A stretch of 64,000 nt of DNA from assembly GCF_006345805.1 (NCBI RefSeq), contig NC_043001.1, positions 35,898,001-35,962,000 on the forward strand, written 5' to 3'. This document shows, piece after piece, positions 1 to 12,856 of the stretch (within the stretch, counting starts at the first letter, position 1; every line of letters starts with the position of its first letter). Source of the stretch: Octopus sinensis. Its lineage: Eukaryota. The notes beneath the pieces were generated by a model. The model saw nothing but the letters and a program-made list of their open reading frames with translations. It was not told the origin of the DNA and ran no database searches. The position numbers and the translations under genes are program-made.

Positions 1-3000
1 ATAAAATAGAGTATAACGTTATCGATTAATTGATTTTCCTTTAATGATTCAAGGAAATGATACACAAGAATACAAAAACATAAAATGGATTCGAACTCAA
101 CATTGTTTGCTGAAAGAAATTGTAACCAATGTAACACTGTTATCACAGGCAGCGTGAAAAGTTTAGAATCACATAAAATCAATCGTTTCGTCATATCTTT
201 CGACACGGAATCAAGTCACGATGACTGAGCATGAATCATTTATCTATTATTGGTTGTTTGGTGTCCTATCAACAGTCTATTCACGCTGTCAATTCTCTCC
301 TCGCGTAATTTGCATCAGTTTTAATCTTTGGAGCCAGACTATTTGCTCTTGAGGATTTGGTGGCGGTGTTTTTGTCGTTGATATTAAACACTACACATTT
401 GTTTCTAATTCTGTTTTAAGCCTAAACAGCTTGTATATTGGGGGGTATAGTCAGTTATCGATTCATATGTAACGAAGAACTCTCATGAAATGAGAAAGAG
501 TATTTGGAATCCTGTGTAACAAACTCAATTACTGTTGTAAACAAAAATCGATTGAAACGCTCGGAAAGTCATTAGTGTATTCATTATTCCTTTTTTTTTT
601 TTTTGTTATTTCATTCTTTTTTTTTTATTGCAATGAAACATTAATACTCAACTATTTCATATGCAAATTGGAAGATGATATCTATATACGTGAGGTTTGA
701 ACTGGTAATGGCTTTTCTAATGTTAATTTGGAAAAATAAACAATGTTGATTACACCGTAAGCTCATTAGCTTCTCTCATCATTTTGTATTCTTCCCATTA
801 GCCAAATCAGTTTGGCAGCATTAAATATTAATCCATGATGTCATCGTCATTACAAATATCTTTTCTATAAACAAAAAAATAAGTTACATGACTCAAGAAA
901 TTTGTGAAATCAAATTCAAATATGTTCCCTGCTATTCGCGGTTTGAATTAAATGTATTTTTAATAGCAACATATTTTCAACGATTTGTCAGAGTCCTGAT
1001 AATTTTAGTCCGAAAGAAGCTTAATAGTAGTTAAGGACAATAATTAATCCTTAGTGGGTGTGCTCAAAGGGTTGCAGTATGTTTAATTTAGTGGCGGCCT
1101 TTTGCCAAGGTTGGAAATCAATATTTTGAACTTCCTGTGAAAAACAAAACAGAAAACAAGACAAAAAGACAAAAACAAAATAAATTAAATGAAATACGAC
1201 TAGGATTTAACATTCAGGTTATCCATCGTTTTTGCTTCAGTTTAGAGAGACAGAAGGATGAGAGTTCTCCATATATAGAACTTACTACAGGATTGTAAGT
1301 TATTTTCCCAAGTTGCTTATTGAGTTAAGATTTCAAATATAAAAGGACGACCAAACATTTTGTCATCTTTTGAGGGCTTCATTCTCAATGAAAGTTGACA
1401 TTTTAATATAATTAAACGCTTTTATTCACAATATTCTGATATATCTTCTTTAAATAGTTTCCATTCCGACAAGAAAACTTATGCATTGTTACAACTATCC
1501 TTCAGTGAAATTTTTTCCTCTAAGTCGTGTAGCATTTTCACTCACATAGCAAAATTTAAATACGTCCCAATTATATCAATAATCATTAAGCAAAACAAAT
1601 GTAATGGTTTGGATAAACTTAGAAGCTCATCCTGAATAATATATAGCAAAAACAAACGTATTAATAAAACAGAGACTTAAAGTGTTTAAAAGATATTCCC
1701 AAATCCTGAATTTTAAATGCAGTGCTATTTTCAATATTTGTGGCCGGTTACTTCGTACTAACGGCCCTGATATATGTTGTAGTCGGATAGAAAGGAACTA
1801 AAGATTTAAGCTAGAAATATATATAAATATGGGAGATCGAACAGCAACAGAAATCTCCTTCATAGACGCGGTAAAAATAATTCAACAAACAAAGACACAC
1901 GCAAACAAACACGAGCTCATTTGTGAGTGTATGCGTGTGTACAAACGTATTTGTACGCTTGTTTATGTATACAAAAGCTAAACACAAATGCACAAATGCT
2001 CGCGTTTAAACAAACACGGATAGCTGCATACCCTAAGAAGGATTATGATTACTGATTCCATAATATATATTGAAAACATTTCAGTCTAGCCTCAGACTAA
2101 AACAGACTCCATACTTATTCTCAGAGAACATGCATTAAACAAAACTTACAAAAGGTGACAGCTAAGAGGATTCTATATTTAGGTTGACTGAAGAATGTCA
2201 AAACTTGAGAAGCAAAAGATTGTGAAAAGATTATACCAAGATATGCGTTAAAAGTGAAGAAGGATAGAAAGACAATGGAAACTCAGGGAGAGAACTGTAA
2301 GATAGTAGAGTCGACTGTATGAAGAAAGGAAAACCGCAAAGTCTGCGTTGCGATTTCTCAAGTGAGCAGAGAAAATTTATGGTCAGGAAAATATAATAAA
2401 CAGTGGATATTTCCTACACACACATTTGTACACAAAGACAAATCTAGTTTGCTTTTATAGTTTACCCGATTGTTAAACTATATTGGTCATTGACTAATAA
2501 TTTGAAATTATTTCCTCAAAAACAAGAAGCAACTTTGAACATATTACGCTCTCATTTTGGGCTCATGCGTGAAACGTTTACTTTAACATGCTTGGTGAAA
2601 TAGTTTTGAAGGTACCCTAGATACTCCAATAAACTTAAAATTATCTCAAGAAAGAAATTACTCAGAAATGCCATTTGAATGCCCACAAGAACGGTAGCTC
2701 TATACATCGCTACTGATGCCATAATTTCACTAAAACTTGTTCGCAGTAATTTTTAGTACTTGCTTAACTACTTTAAATAATATTATTCAAAGGCTAATCT
2801 TGTTTTTCGCTAATCAACTAAACAAGCCAAGCTTGTTCGTTTGCTTGTGCGTGGGGTGGGGTCTGACTCAGCAATTTTAATAGTGTAATCTTCCTTACAA
2901 ACAATTATTTCTAGTTAGCTAATTTATCCTTCCCAACATTAATTAAACGAACAAATTGCTTTGCAAACATAACGGGATAATCGATAATCTTCTCAATTCT

Positions 3001-3468
3001 CTGTGCACAAGCTTTTCTTACACAAAGGAAATAGGCGAGATAGATTAATAATCTAGGTAAACTATCAAAATTATATAAAGAATGAACTTGCAGGATATTC
3101 TGAAGACTATGTTGTATCTATGCACACTTCATGGAGTACAGCAGCGAAATGAAACCGGATGTTCCTAGTATGTTTTAATAGTATGTAGGTAGCTATGCTT
3201 GGTTGGTAAGATATACAAATTTTCACGAGTTACGATATCATGCCTTCGTATGAACGAAAGTATGTTACGGCATTTCTTTTGTACAAACACTTAAATGAAT
3301 ACAAACACTCTGTATTTCATATCTTCTATATAATAACTATTCCTTAAACCATTTTCTCGCGCCGTATCCCGGAAACAGCTGTAAGACGTTCTTTTTATAA
3401 ATGTTCTGAAATCTTTCTCAGCCTGGGATTTTTTAAATCTCATTCTGTTACGCATATATATATAATTT

Positions 3469-3668
3469 GGGAGAGTTTACGAAAAAACAAAAAACGAAGA
3501 CAGGTGGTGTACAAAACAAACAGATGTATTAGTATAACGCTCAGGAATAGAAAAAGTCTTTTACGTTTCGAGCCTACGCTCCTCTACAGAAAGGGACACA
3601 GAAAAGAGAAACAAGGAGAGAAACAAGGAGAAAAAAATGTGTGTAGTGGCTAACGATCTATCATGGCG
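3469..3668 (-). mobile_element. Short Penelope-like terminal-repeat element (family C), copy 1, with hammerhead-like motif
   Basis: Reverse complement matches 14269-14480, 17613-17812 and 28097-28229. (TA)n lies on both sides. Carries CCTTT-CTGTAGAG-GAGC-GTAG-GCTC-GAAAC-GTA-AAAGA on the minus strand. Confidence 0.7.
3557..3594 (-). ncRNA. Minimal type I hammerhead-ribozyme-like motif (A6 to U variant)
   Basis: Stem I CUUU/AAAG, core CUG-UA-GA, stem II GAGC(GUAG)GCUC, then GAAAC-GUA. Stem III is the loop-less palindrome ACGU. Confidence 0.55.
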
Positions 3669-4101
3669 ATATATATATATATATAGTTGGATCCAATGGC
3701 AGTTGGTTCAACAGTCCTTCTTATCATGACATATTTTAATAGCACATCTTTGTGATTGCAGATCTGTATACTGACAGTCAATTATATGGCAACGATTTGA
3801 TCGTGAAAGTTGTCAGAAGCCATTTTATATACTTGTCGGAATATTGCATTGCTGATTTACTAAGTTACATTCTCCGCAGTTATGCAGGAGCAGATCACAA
3901 TTTCAGTTAACCTTTCCCGGATGTTTCCGTCTTTGCAAACCCTGCTAAACTAAACAACATGACTATCAAAAATAATTAACTTGCAACTCACCTTTAACTC
4001 TGGAAACATTGAAAAACATTACATCAATATTCTTCATGTTGGACAAAAGAAAACTTAGAAACAAACAGGAGGGTATCCGTACCTCATAGGTATCCGTACA
4101 A

Positions 4102-4332
4102 GGCGGCGAGCTGGCAGAACCGTTAGCACGTCGGACGAAATGCTTAGCGGTATTTCGCCTGCCATTACGTTCTGAGTTCAAATTCCGCCGAGGTCGACTT
4201 TGCCTTTCATCCTTTCGGGGTCGATAAATTAAGTACCAGTTACGCACTGGGGTCGATGTAATCGACTTAATCCATTTGTCTGTCCTTGTTTGTCCCCTCT
4301 GTGTTTAGCCCCTTGTGGGTAATAACGAAATA
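4102..4332 (+). mobile_element. tRNA-derived SINE family B (octopus-type), full length
   Basis: GGCGG...CCGCC acceptor-like stem, A box TGGCAGAACCG, B box GTTCAAATTCC, central GCCTTTCATCCTTTCGGGGTCGATAAATTAAGTACCAG. Flanking direct repeat ATAGGTATCCGTAC at 4086-4099 and 4330-4343. Near-identical copies at 49541 and 51936. Confidence 0.9.
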
Positions 4333-4803
4333 GGTATCCGTACCTCTTTTCGATTCTAATATATTTTACATTCTAACTTGATGAGGAAAAGATTTGTACG
4401 TAACATATTGAAGTGAGTTGGTCACTGTCCTGTGTAGATCCAATTTCAATGGTTGAGCATCCATTAAACTAGGTTCAAATATATTAATTGAGCTGCGATT
4501 CCTGAATCTTATTAGAAAGACATTCTCTTAGGCAACTTCAGTTAGAAATTTTTAGTTGGTGGAAACTGGTTTCGAAAAGGTCATATGTATGCTTGCGTCA
4601 TAAAATATTAGAAGTTCAACAGTGCAATTAAGATAGATCATGCAATGAATGCTAATTTAATAATTACCATAATTTCAGGTGTTTAATTAGATTATTGATA
4701 TTGCGAAGATTTAGCCATTTACTAACAAAAAGAACGCTCTTGGGGAAATTTTAAATGTTCGTATTCAAGCTACACTGAATAATTTTAATTACGATGTTAT
4801 ATA

Positions 4804-4818
4804 TGTGTGTGTGTGTGT

Positions 4819-4853
<35 letters not shown>

Positions 4854-4875
4854 GTGTGTGTGTGTGTGTGTGTGT
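4804..4875. repeat. (TG)n microsatellite
   Basis: Read directly from the sequence. Confidence 0.95.
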
Positions 4876-5201
4876 TATATTCATAGATTTCTTAGCTTTT
4901 GATTCTCAGCCGATAATGAATAATAGGACACATGACATGTTTAAAAGAGATAAAAGAGAAATACCTGAATATGTAGACAACTTTTGATTGAGTAATAGTA
5001 ATAGATTAAAACTATCTTATTGGTGGTGCACAAAAGTGATTTCAAAATTATAAATAACAATTAAAGAATAGGTAAAACGAAGACACGGGATTTGAACTAA
5101 GCCTAAAAGTCTAACCCTTCCAGTCAAATGGGCACTTGGTTACCAACCCAGAAATTTCCAGGTCCCTGTAAGTGGATGTACAGTGTGTGTGCGTGTATGT
5201 G

Positions 5202-5243
<42 letters not shown>

Positions 5244-6883
5244 AAGGACAGAAATTACGTTAGGCTAAATTAACCCACCATTGCATATTTTTGATCACGC
5301 TAACGACTAGGACCCACTCAGCGGCATAAATTGCTAAAGGGGCAGCGTGTACAACTATATACTTCAGTAAACTATGATGATGATTTCTAGGAGCAAGAAG
5401 ACAAAGAGAAACCAAAGTATGAGGTGGAGTATTTTATTTTTGTTGGGTTTTTTTTTTCATGTTTTTTTTAACGATACTCTCCGACTCAACACTTGGTTTT
5501 ATTTTCCCTTGAAAACTCGAGTGAAGGTCAATAAATATGCATATCTATACATTCAATAAAGAATGTTATTCAACATCACTCATCCGAAAATCTTTTCCAA
5601 AATGGATAATCCGTTTAGATACAGTAATACGGTTGAGAGATTATGAATATAGGTTTTCGTAGTCGTAGACATAAAATTAATGAGAAAGACTGAAATAGTG
5701 AAAGAGAATATATTTTAAGCTTATTTACGCACTCTAAATAGCCATCACCATCAAAATTTACAATATAAAACGTACACAAGTAAATTAATAAATAACACAC
5801 GTTGTAAAAAGCTTACACATACATAAATGATATAAATGTATTTTTCTTAATCCCCTCTCAAAAGAAATGTGTAAGCCGAAAAATCTTTTCCTTCATTTCT
5901 TTCATTTAATTCAAATGTCAAGTATATTATTGTAAGATAAACATAAATGGCCGTTAGCAAATATACTAGCGCATGACTGACGCGTTGGTTTTGTTCTTGT
6001 TCTTGTTATTGTTGTCTACCTCTCAGATCATTATAATCGAGCAAGCCTAGCCTAAGATCAAATGCGTCTCAGTCGTGACCATTCCGTTTGTTTTAGAGAC
6101 ACAGACTTATGTTTGAGTACAGATGCACTGGATAATTGAGAATTGAATTCTCAACTCTGCAACTACGAAGAAATATCAGAAAAAGCAAAAAAAAGATTTG
6201 CTCCAAAACGTGACTGTCCATATTGTATCAATAACAAATAGCAGTTTCGGCGCCAAACTATTACTGAGTTACGATAAGTGGTCTAGAGTAACTTTTCTCT
6301 GTCGCAAAAGCATTTTATATATTTTCACTCCCGCTTTTGTGCGTTTTTTCTGTGTTTCTGCAATAACTTGCTTTTCAATTTTCTATATATTTGTCTATCC
6401 TCTCTTGGGCAACGCATAATACTAAAATATACAAGACTGCCGCAGTAAAAACAGTACAATATTTGTTTTCAATATGATAGATGGGAAATGAAATAATTGC
6501 CATATGTGTAGCATAAATCTAAACTCAGTAGCATATTAGTCTCTCAGTAATATAAACATGCAGCATTTGATCAATAATTCATTACATATGCATAACGCAT
6601 GCGTAATGTAAGGAACGTAAATATACAACGCATAAGACAAAAGCTTAACATACGTGTGTCGTAATGTGGCTTAATAGTAAAACACAGTCGAAATTATATT
6701 GATGAGTGGCAAGGATGGTTACCTGTTCTGCATAAATAATAGGACTTTCCTTTTCTTAATAGACGTTGCGACAAATGAGATGTGGAAGACGTATTTGTGA
6801 ACTTTGAATTCAAAACTGAATGTTTGTACAATCGAAATTAAGCCGAACACTGAATAGAAGTCTACTACTATGCTAAATGTATT

Positions 6884-7143
6884 TAAAAAAATAAATGCGC
6901 CCTTTTAAAGCCTAGCCAGGCTCATAGGCCCGTTTTCCCGGTTTCTATGACGTATGTGTTCCCCAGCTGGACGGACACCAGACCATCGCAGCGTTGCTCA
7001 TTTTTGCCAGCTGAGTGGACTGGAGCAACGTGAAATGAAGTGTTTTGCTCAAGAACACAATGCGTCGCCCGGTCCAGGAATCGAAGCCACAATCTTACGA
7101 TCATGGTGCTGACACCCTAACCACTAAGCCACGCGCCTCCACA
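6884..7143 (-). mobile_element. tRNA-derived SINE family E with CORE-like and V-like blocks
   Basis: Minus strand has A box TGGCTTAGTGG, B box GCTTCGATTCC, CORE-like CTTGAGCAAAACACTT...CAGTCCACTCAGCTG and V-like CTGCGATGGTCTGGTGTCCGTCCAG. Target-site duplication CTAWATGTATT at 6873-6883 and 7144-7154. Confidence 0.85.
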
Positions 7144-9062
7144 CTATATGTATTACTTAAGTTAACTAGAATATTGCATTTAGTTTACTCTCAAAAAAAG
7201 TAAATGTTTTAAATTCATTTCTCTTACCGTCACTCGCTGTAATTTCATACGTTACGAGAAGTGCTTGTGAAATAAATACGAAAAACATATCTGTGATATG
7301 CTAGGTGATTCTTTTACCATTAACACAAACAATAAACCAACAAGACAACAACGAAAATTATATATAATAATTAGATACGTATTACATACGATGAATACCA
7401 TCGATTAGTTCCGTCCACGATCCTATTTCATTTACCTGTTATTAACTACCCTGTGGTTATCATTTACATTCAAGTCTTAGTAATTGCCTTTTAAATGTCT
7501 ATTGGTAGTATTTTTCTCGGAGACAACAAATATTATCTACATTCATAAATAGCATTGTATGTTCATTGCACAGGGGAAAATTCATCACTCACCAACTTAA
7601 AACGTATATACAGAGGAACATACAAATATTATTTGGAAGAAAATCATTTCCATTGCTTTAAAAACCATAGGAACAAAATGATACAACAGAAACTATATCG
7701 AACCTATGTGTATAACAGTGTTTGTTACGTGTTGATCGATGGTATGCATAGTGTAGCAAATATCATTTTGGACATTTTAACACAAATGATTAGATGTATA
7801 TTAAAATTAAAGAATATTATCCAAATATTATTGAAATATTGAAACTATTCAGTCAGTTGCACATAGACTTATAATCGTAGAGCAGTGACGAAATTTTGAA
7901 CAAAGTAAGGATTTCTGTCCAACTGTTACGAAAATTTCTATTGATCAAGCTTTCTGAATAATTAATGGAATGTTGTGAAAGAAGACCAATTGTTAGTTTA
8001 CCGTGGCCTTTTTTTATTTATTTTAGAGTCAAAAAGGAAAAGATAGTGACCATGATCTTTTTGTTATGCCTCCAAGAATTTTACACAAAGTGAGGAAGAA
8101 TTTCTAAATTGCAAATACGCCATTGCCGTTGGGTTGTGGACGTGATCCAAATACGAGAGAATTCATTCAGCTAATAGCACTCAAAGGCCAGGAATGGTTG
8201 TTGAATTGGATGATGGATCAAGTCTGCCACAAATACTATTACAACAAAATTTGTAACTAACAAAAATATTATTTGGTTAGCTCTGCATCACGGACCAAAT
8301 TGTTAAATAGGAAAACAAATGAAAAATACTAAAGTACATCTCATTAAAATACATCCAAAGTGAGTGATGAAGACAAGAAATTAGAACAGTACTGACATTA
8401 TATTTCTGAGTACCAAAAATACAAAAGACGAAAAAAATATAAATAGGTTTTTTTTTCTTGTTTTAGTAATTGGGGAAAAATTTTTAAAAAAGATCTTGTC
8501 AAACGATGCGAGTTTTATATAGTTTCAAAGATATTGAAGTACTAATGATAAAAACGGTTAAATCAAACACGGAAGATGCGAGAATATTACTAAAAAGACA
8601 GTTAAGGAAATATAGAAAAATCAATATAAGCAGAATGAAAAAAAGGATAAAAAAAAGACCACTCAAAGAAAGAGATTGAATTACATAACAAATGGAAGAG
8701 CAAATGAAAAATAAAAGAGTAAAATAAACAGAAAGTAGTATAAAAAGAATACTTCGGAAAGGAAGAGTGTAAAACATCATCTGATGTAACTCTAACGACA
8801 TACCATTATTTCAAAGCATTAAACATCGAAAGATACAATAGCGAAAACTAAGCAAATAAAAAGATGCACGTATACTCATAAAATATTTGTTGTTGTAATT
8901 GCTGCTGTCTTCATCTTTCTTAAAGCAGTTGTTTTTAAATTTTAGTTCGGTCTTGCCATTTTGTACGAATACTCTATATTTTTTCCTTACACATTCACAT
9001 ACACACACATATATATATATAAACATAGATGCGTGTGAGTGTGTGGATAGACAGCTATATGG

Positions 9063-9343
<281 letters not shown>

Positions 9344-9554
9344 TGTTTGTAAGAACGTGCAAACGCTCATTCCCATATATACCTAAATGCAGTTGTGTTA
9401 AAATTTTAATTGATTTTCGAATGGCACAAATTTAACAACAAATTTAACTCAAACTTTTTTACCCTTAAATGGAAAACATTAACAATGTTAATAATAACGC
9501 CGTTAGCAATAATAATGGTTTCAAATTTTGGTCCACGGTCTCCAATTCACTAGT

Positions 9555-9695
9555 ACAACACTAAATACAAAACCAAATATATGGCACACTAGGCATAACA
9601 ACAACATGAACTTCCAACCTGTTGTCTCTTGAGGTCTCTGGGTGAGACTTGGAGCCAACTTGTACAAATATAAAGCAAAAGTCAAACATAGAATA
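9555..9695 (+). mobile_element. Possible 3' end of a non-LTR element ending in a (TAA)n tract (R4/Dong-like)
   Basis: Unique sequence (GAGGTCTCTGGGTGAGACTTGGAGCC...) runs directly into the long TAA tract. Dong-type R4 elements are known to target TAA repeats. No ORF is seen. Confidence 0.3.
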
Positions 9696-9698
9696 ATG

Positions 9699-9774
<76 letters not shown>
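9692..9774. repeat. (TAA)n microsatellite
   Basis: Read directly from the sequence. Confidence 0.95.
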
Positions 9775-9776
<2 letters not shown>

Positions 9777-10857
9777 GCCCTGATGCAGTACCATGTAGTG
9801 GCTCTCATGGCTTCTGATCTTATCTGATTAAAAGTGTTATCATGTACGTTGTTTTGTCTTGGTATAAAAGATAGGCTATAACAAATATTCTGCTCAATAC
9901 CACAGATTTGCTACCATCGAGGGGAAGTAACGGAGCTCCCAGATCCAGAATTATCTGGCCACGCTAGTTCATACAATTGGATATTGTTGGCATTGATTAC
10001 TACACGAGGAGGTGGTTGCGGCAACAGTCGATAATTATATATATATATCTTAAATGGATGGGAACATTTTCCAGACATTACGATTTAAAGTGAGTTATAA
10101 CTAGAATGATTGTTCATTCGATTATACTGTGCAACATCTTTGGAGGATATTTTGCAAAATAAGTTCGGTTTGAAATCGTCAAGATGAAAACTGCCCGGAA
10201 GCCCATCAGATTAATACCACTGATGAAAGTTATATTTAGCATTTGAAACACTTCTACTGTCTGAAACAAACACGATCGCTCAATTTTCTCCTACTATCTG
10301 ACTTCTTTCTCTCTCACTAAACCATAAAAGTGTTAGGTGAATAGTGAGCAAACCTGAAATATTCGTTACAAAATATTATAAGCCGAATTAATATCTATCA
10401 GTTCGTTTTAAACAATACTGAGTAGTATTACTGCTAAGAATCTTTCATAAATCTAGAATATATTGTTTTTTAACAATATGTTTCTAATCATGAATGGAAT
10501 GAGTAAATATGTCATAAAAGAACCTATAAAAATTTTCTTAAATCCATTACTATCTATAATATTGAACGTATATATTCTAAAAGATTAGATAAAACACAAT
10601 GTATTCTGTTCAGCATTTCCACTCTAGCAGATCAAATAATACAATGATTACATTAATTCTTGCTGCTGCGCTCTGAAAAGTGAACGCGAATACTTTTATG
10701 CGAATGACAGTTCCTCCCATATTATACGTCCTATTCATTGTATACATCTAAAGTTATATTATTTTTTACCGTTTACTATTTAAGCCAGAAGCTGATGCCA
10801 TGCTAGAGCACCGCCTTTCAATGTGAATAGGTTGCTTTTCTTAAGTACTTCTGGTGA

Positions 10858-11305
10858 TGTAGAGATTTGGACGGAGCTGCGTTTCTTTGTGCTTCGTGTC
10901 GCGACATGGGTTCACCTGCTATCTCAGATGAAAATTTGTCCAGAAAATCTCTACAACACCTCACAGATCTCTAAGGAAGTTTAACAGAATGCTGAATAGT
11001 TGTGGACACTTGAAACTCAAGCTGTTACATAACTGGGTCGTTTTGTAGATGGAGAAGACGAGATATTTGGTACTATTTAGTGTGGTCCAGTTCGGTAGAT
11101 GGTATAACTTTCAATCCCAAAGGTTCCTTTTTATGCGTAGCACTTTATATCTTGCACGCCTATTCTCTAAAGAGTAGAATTTCAGTTACTTTAGCCTCTC
11201 CCAGTGTCTTGTCTGTTTGGTTGGGTCAATCTTCTTTCTGTAGAGGTACTGCATTGCCTCAAGTTCCGCCATCAGTTCGACGCCCTGCAGTGACCAATAG
11301 GCTTC
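10858..11305 (-). mobile_element. Decayed CR1-group LINE ORF2 C-terminal remnant
   Basis: Minus strand reads YWSLQGVELMAELEAMQ...HWERLK*LKFYSLENRRARY, then NSLSFKCPQLFSILLNFLRDL and LDKFSSEIAGEP...AAPSKSL. This matches the WSP..LE.VQR..YWERL..LYSLERRR..LD.FL..PDEP pattern of CR1 elements, with stops and frameshifts. Confidence 0.75.
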
Positions 11306-11354
11306 AAGTAATTCCAAAATTTCACGTACAAGGCTTTGGTCACTCCGACGTTAT

Positions 11355-11534
11355 GGGCGAAATGCTTAGAGGCATTTCGTCCGTTTTCACGTTTTGAGTG
11401 CCACAAGGATCTACTTTGCCTTTCATTCTTTCGGGGTCGATAAAACAAGTACTAGTACAGCACTGGGATCGATTTAATCGACCTAGCCGCTCTTCCGAAG
11501 TTGCTGGCCTTGTGCTAAAATTTGAAACCAATAA
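11355..11534 (+). mobile_element. SINE family B, 5'-truncated diverged copy (GCTGGCCTTGTGC-type tail)
   Basis: GCGAAATGCTTAG...TTTGCCTTTCATTCTTTCGGGGTCGATAAAACAAGTAC matches the copy at 4102. Confidence 0.8.
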
Positions 11535-11834
11535 TTTGCAATTCTTTTATCAGAGATACTGTATCTAAAAATGAAGAACGATAGCTAACACTAAATATCT
11601 TTCGGTAAGCTAATCCAAACATGAAGTCTTTATTTTCGTGTATTTCATAGATAACAAATATTAGGGATTTATGTATTGGGAAACAGCCTTTTTCCAACTA
11701 CCTTATTATCATCAACAACTGTATAAATATATTATAAAATGATCCTGCAGAAAATGCTTAATATATTATTATATCTGGGTTATAAAAGATATTTTAGGAT
11801 GTAAATTAGTTAATCAACTTTAGACATTATTCTG

Positions 11835-11891
<57 letters not shown>

Positions 11892-12033
11892 TGTGTGGTG
11901 TGTGTGTGTCTGTGTGTCTGTGTGTGTCTGTGTGTGTGTGTGTGTGTGTGTCTCTGTGTGTGTGTGTGTGTGTCTGTGTGTGTGTGTCTGTGTGTGTGTG
12001 TGTGTGTATGTGTGTGTGTGTTTGCCTGTGTGT

Positions 12034-12066
<33 letters not shown>
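11835..12066. repeat. Long (TG)n microsatellite
   Basis: Read directly from the sequence. Confidence 0.95.
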
Positions 12067-12069
<3 letters not shown>

Positions 12070-12433
12070 ACACATGTTTGTGTGCTTTATGACTTAAATA
12101 ATTAAATTCATTGATAAATATATGAATCCATGAACGTGTTTCATTTTCAATGTCAGAATATGTGTATGAGCATAACAAAACTAAAATTTTTCCTTTGAAT
12201 TAAATACTCTACAGGTGAAATATTTTAAAGAGGTTTAACAATATTTTTTCTGTCTTCGGCACTGCTGTTACTGAAAACTTTGCGTATTCATTAAGCGCGT
12301 TATCAATAATAGTTATTTATACCTATTATATTCATATGTGGATTGTCTAGAACAAACTCTTTGTACTCACTGGAAGCAGAATAATAAAACTAAAAGCATT
12401 AATAGAAGCAAATGCTTCATCAACGTCCACAAT

Positions 12434-12598
12434 GCGCAGGCGTGGCTGTGTGGTAAGTAGCTTGCTAACCAACCACATGGTTCCGGGTTCAGACCCACTG
12501 CGTGGCATCTTGGGCAAGTGTCTTCTGCTATAGCCCCCGGGCCGACCAATGCCTTGTGAGTGGATTTGGTAGACGGAAACTGAAAGAAGCCTGTCGTA

Positions 12599-12637
<39 letters not shown>

Positions 12638-12856
12638 TTGTGTGTCTGTGTTTGCCCCCCTAGCATTGCTTGACAACCGATGCTGGTGTGTTTACGTCCC
12701 CGTCACTTAGCGGTTCGGCAAAAGAGACCGATAGAATAAGTACTGGGCTTACAAAGAATAAGTCCTGGGGTCGATTTGCTCGACTAAAGGCGGTGCTCCA
12801 GCATGGCCGCAGTCAAAATGACTGAAACATGTAAAAGAGTAAAAGAGAAAAAGAGT
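12434..12856 (+). mobile_element. tRNA-derived SINE family A (CORE-like; resembles octopus OR-type SINEs), full length
   Basis: A box TGGCTGTGTGG, B box GGTTCAGACCC, CORE-like CTTGGGCAAGTGTCTT, internal (TA)n(TG)n, tail (GTAAAAGA)n. More than 10 copies in this window. Confidence 0.92.

Noticed and set aside
2200-2375. Purine-rich stretch vaguely like RTE ORF sequence
   Set aside because: No diagnostic motif could be read with confidence.
7070-7143. tRNA-like sequences (also the heads of SINE A and B)
   Set aside because: A and B boxes are present but there is no complete canonical cloverleaf, and each continues into a SINE body.
8027-8257. Possible exon after TTTTAG (PLPLGCGRDPNTREFIQL...)
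   Set aside because: No continuous open frame from the acceptor, no donor site and no recognisable homology.
10220-10258. CTGATGA...GAAA hammerhead-like words (also near 37686-37720 and 53777)
   Set aside because: There is no convincing stem I/II pairing, or the core is incomplete.
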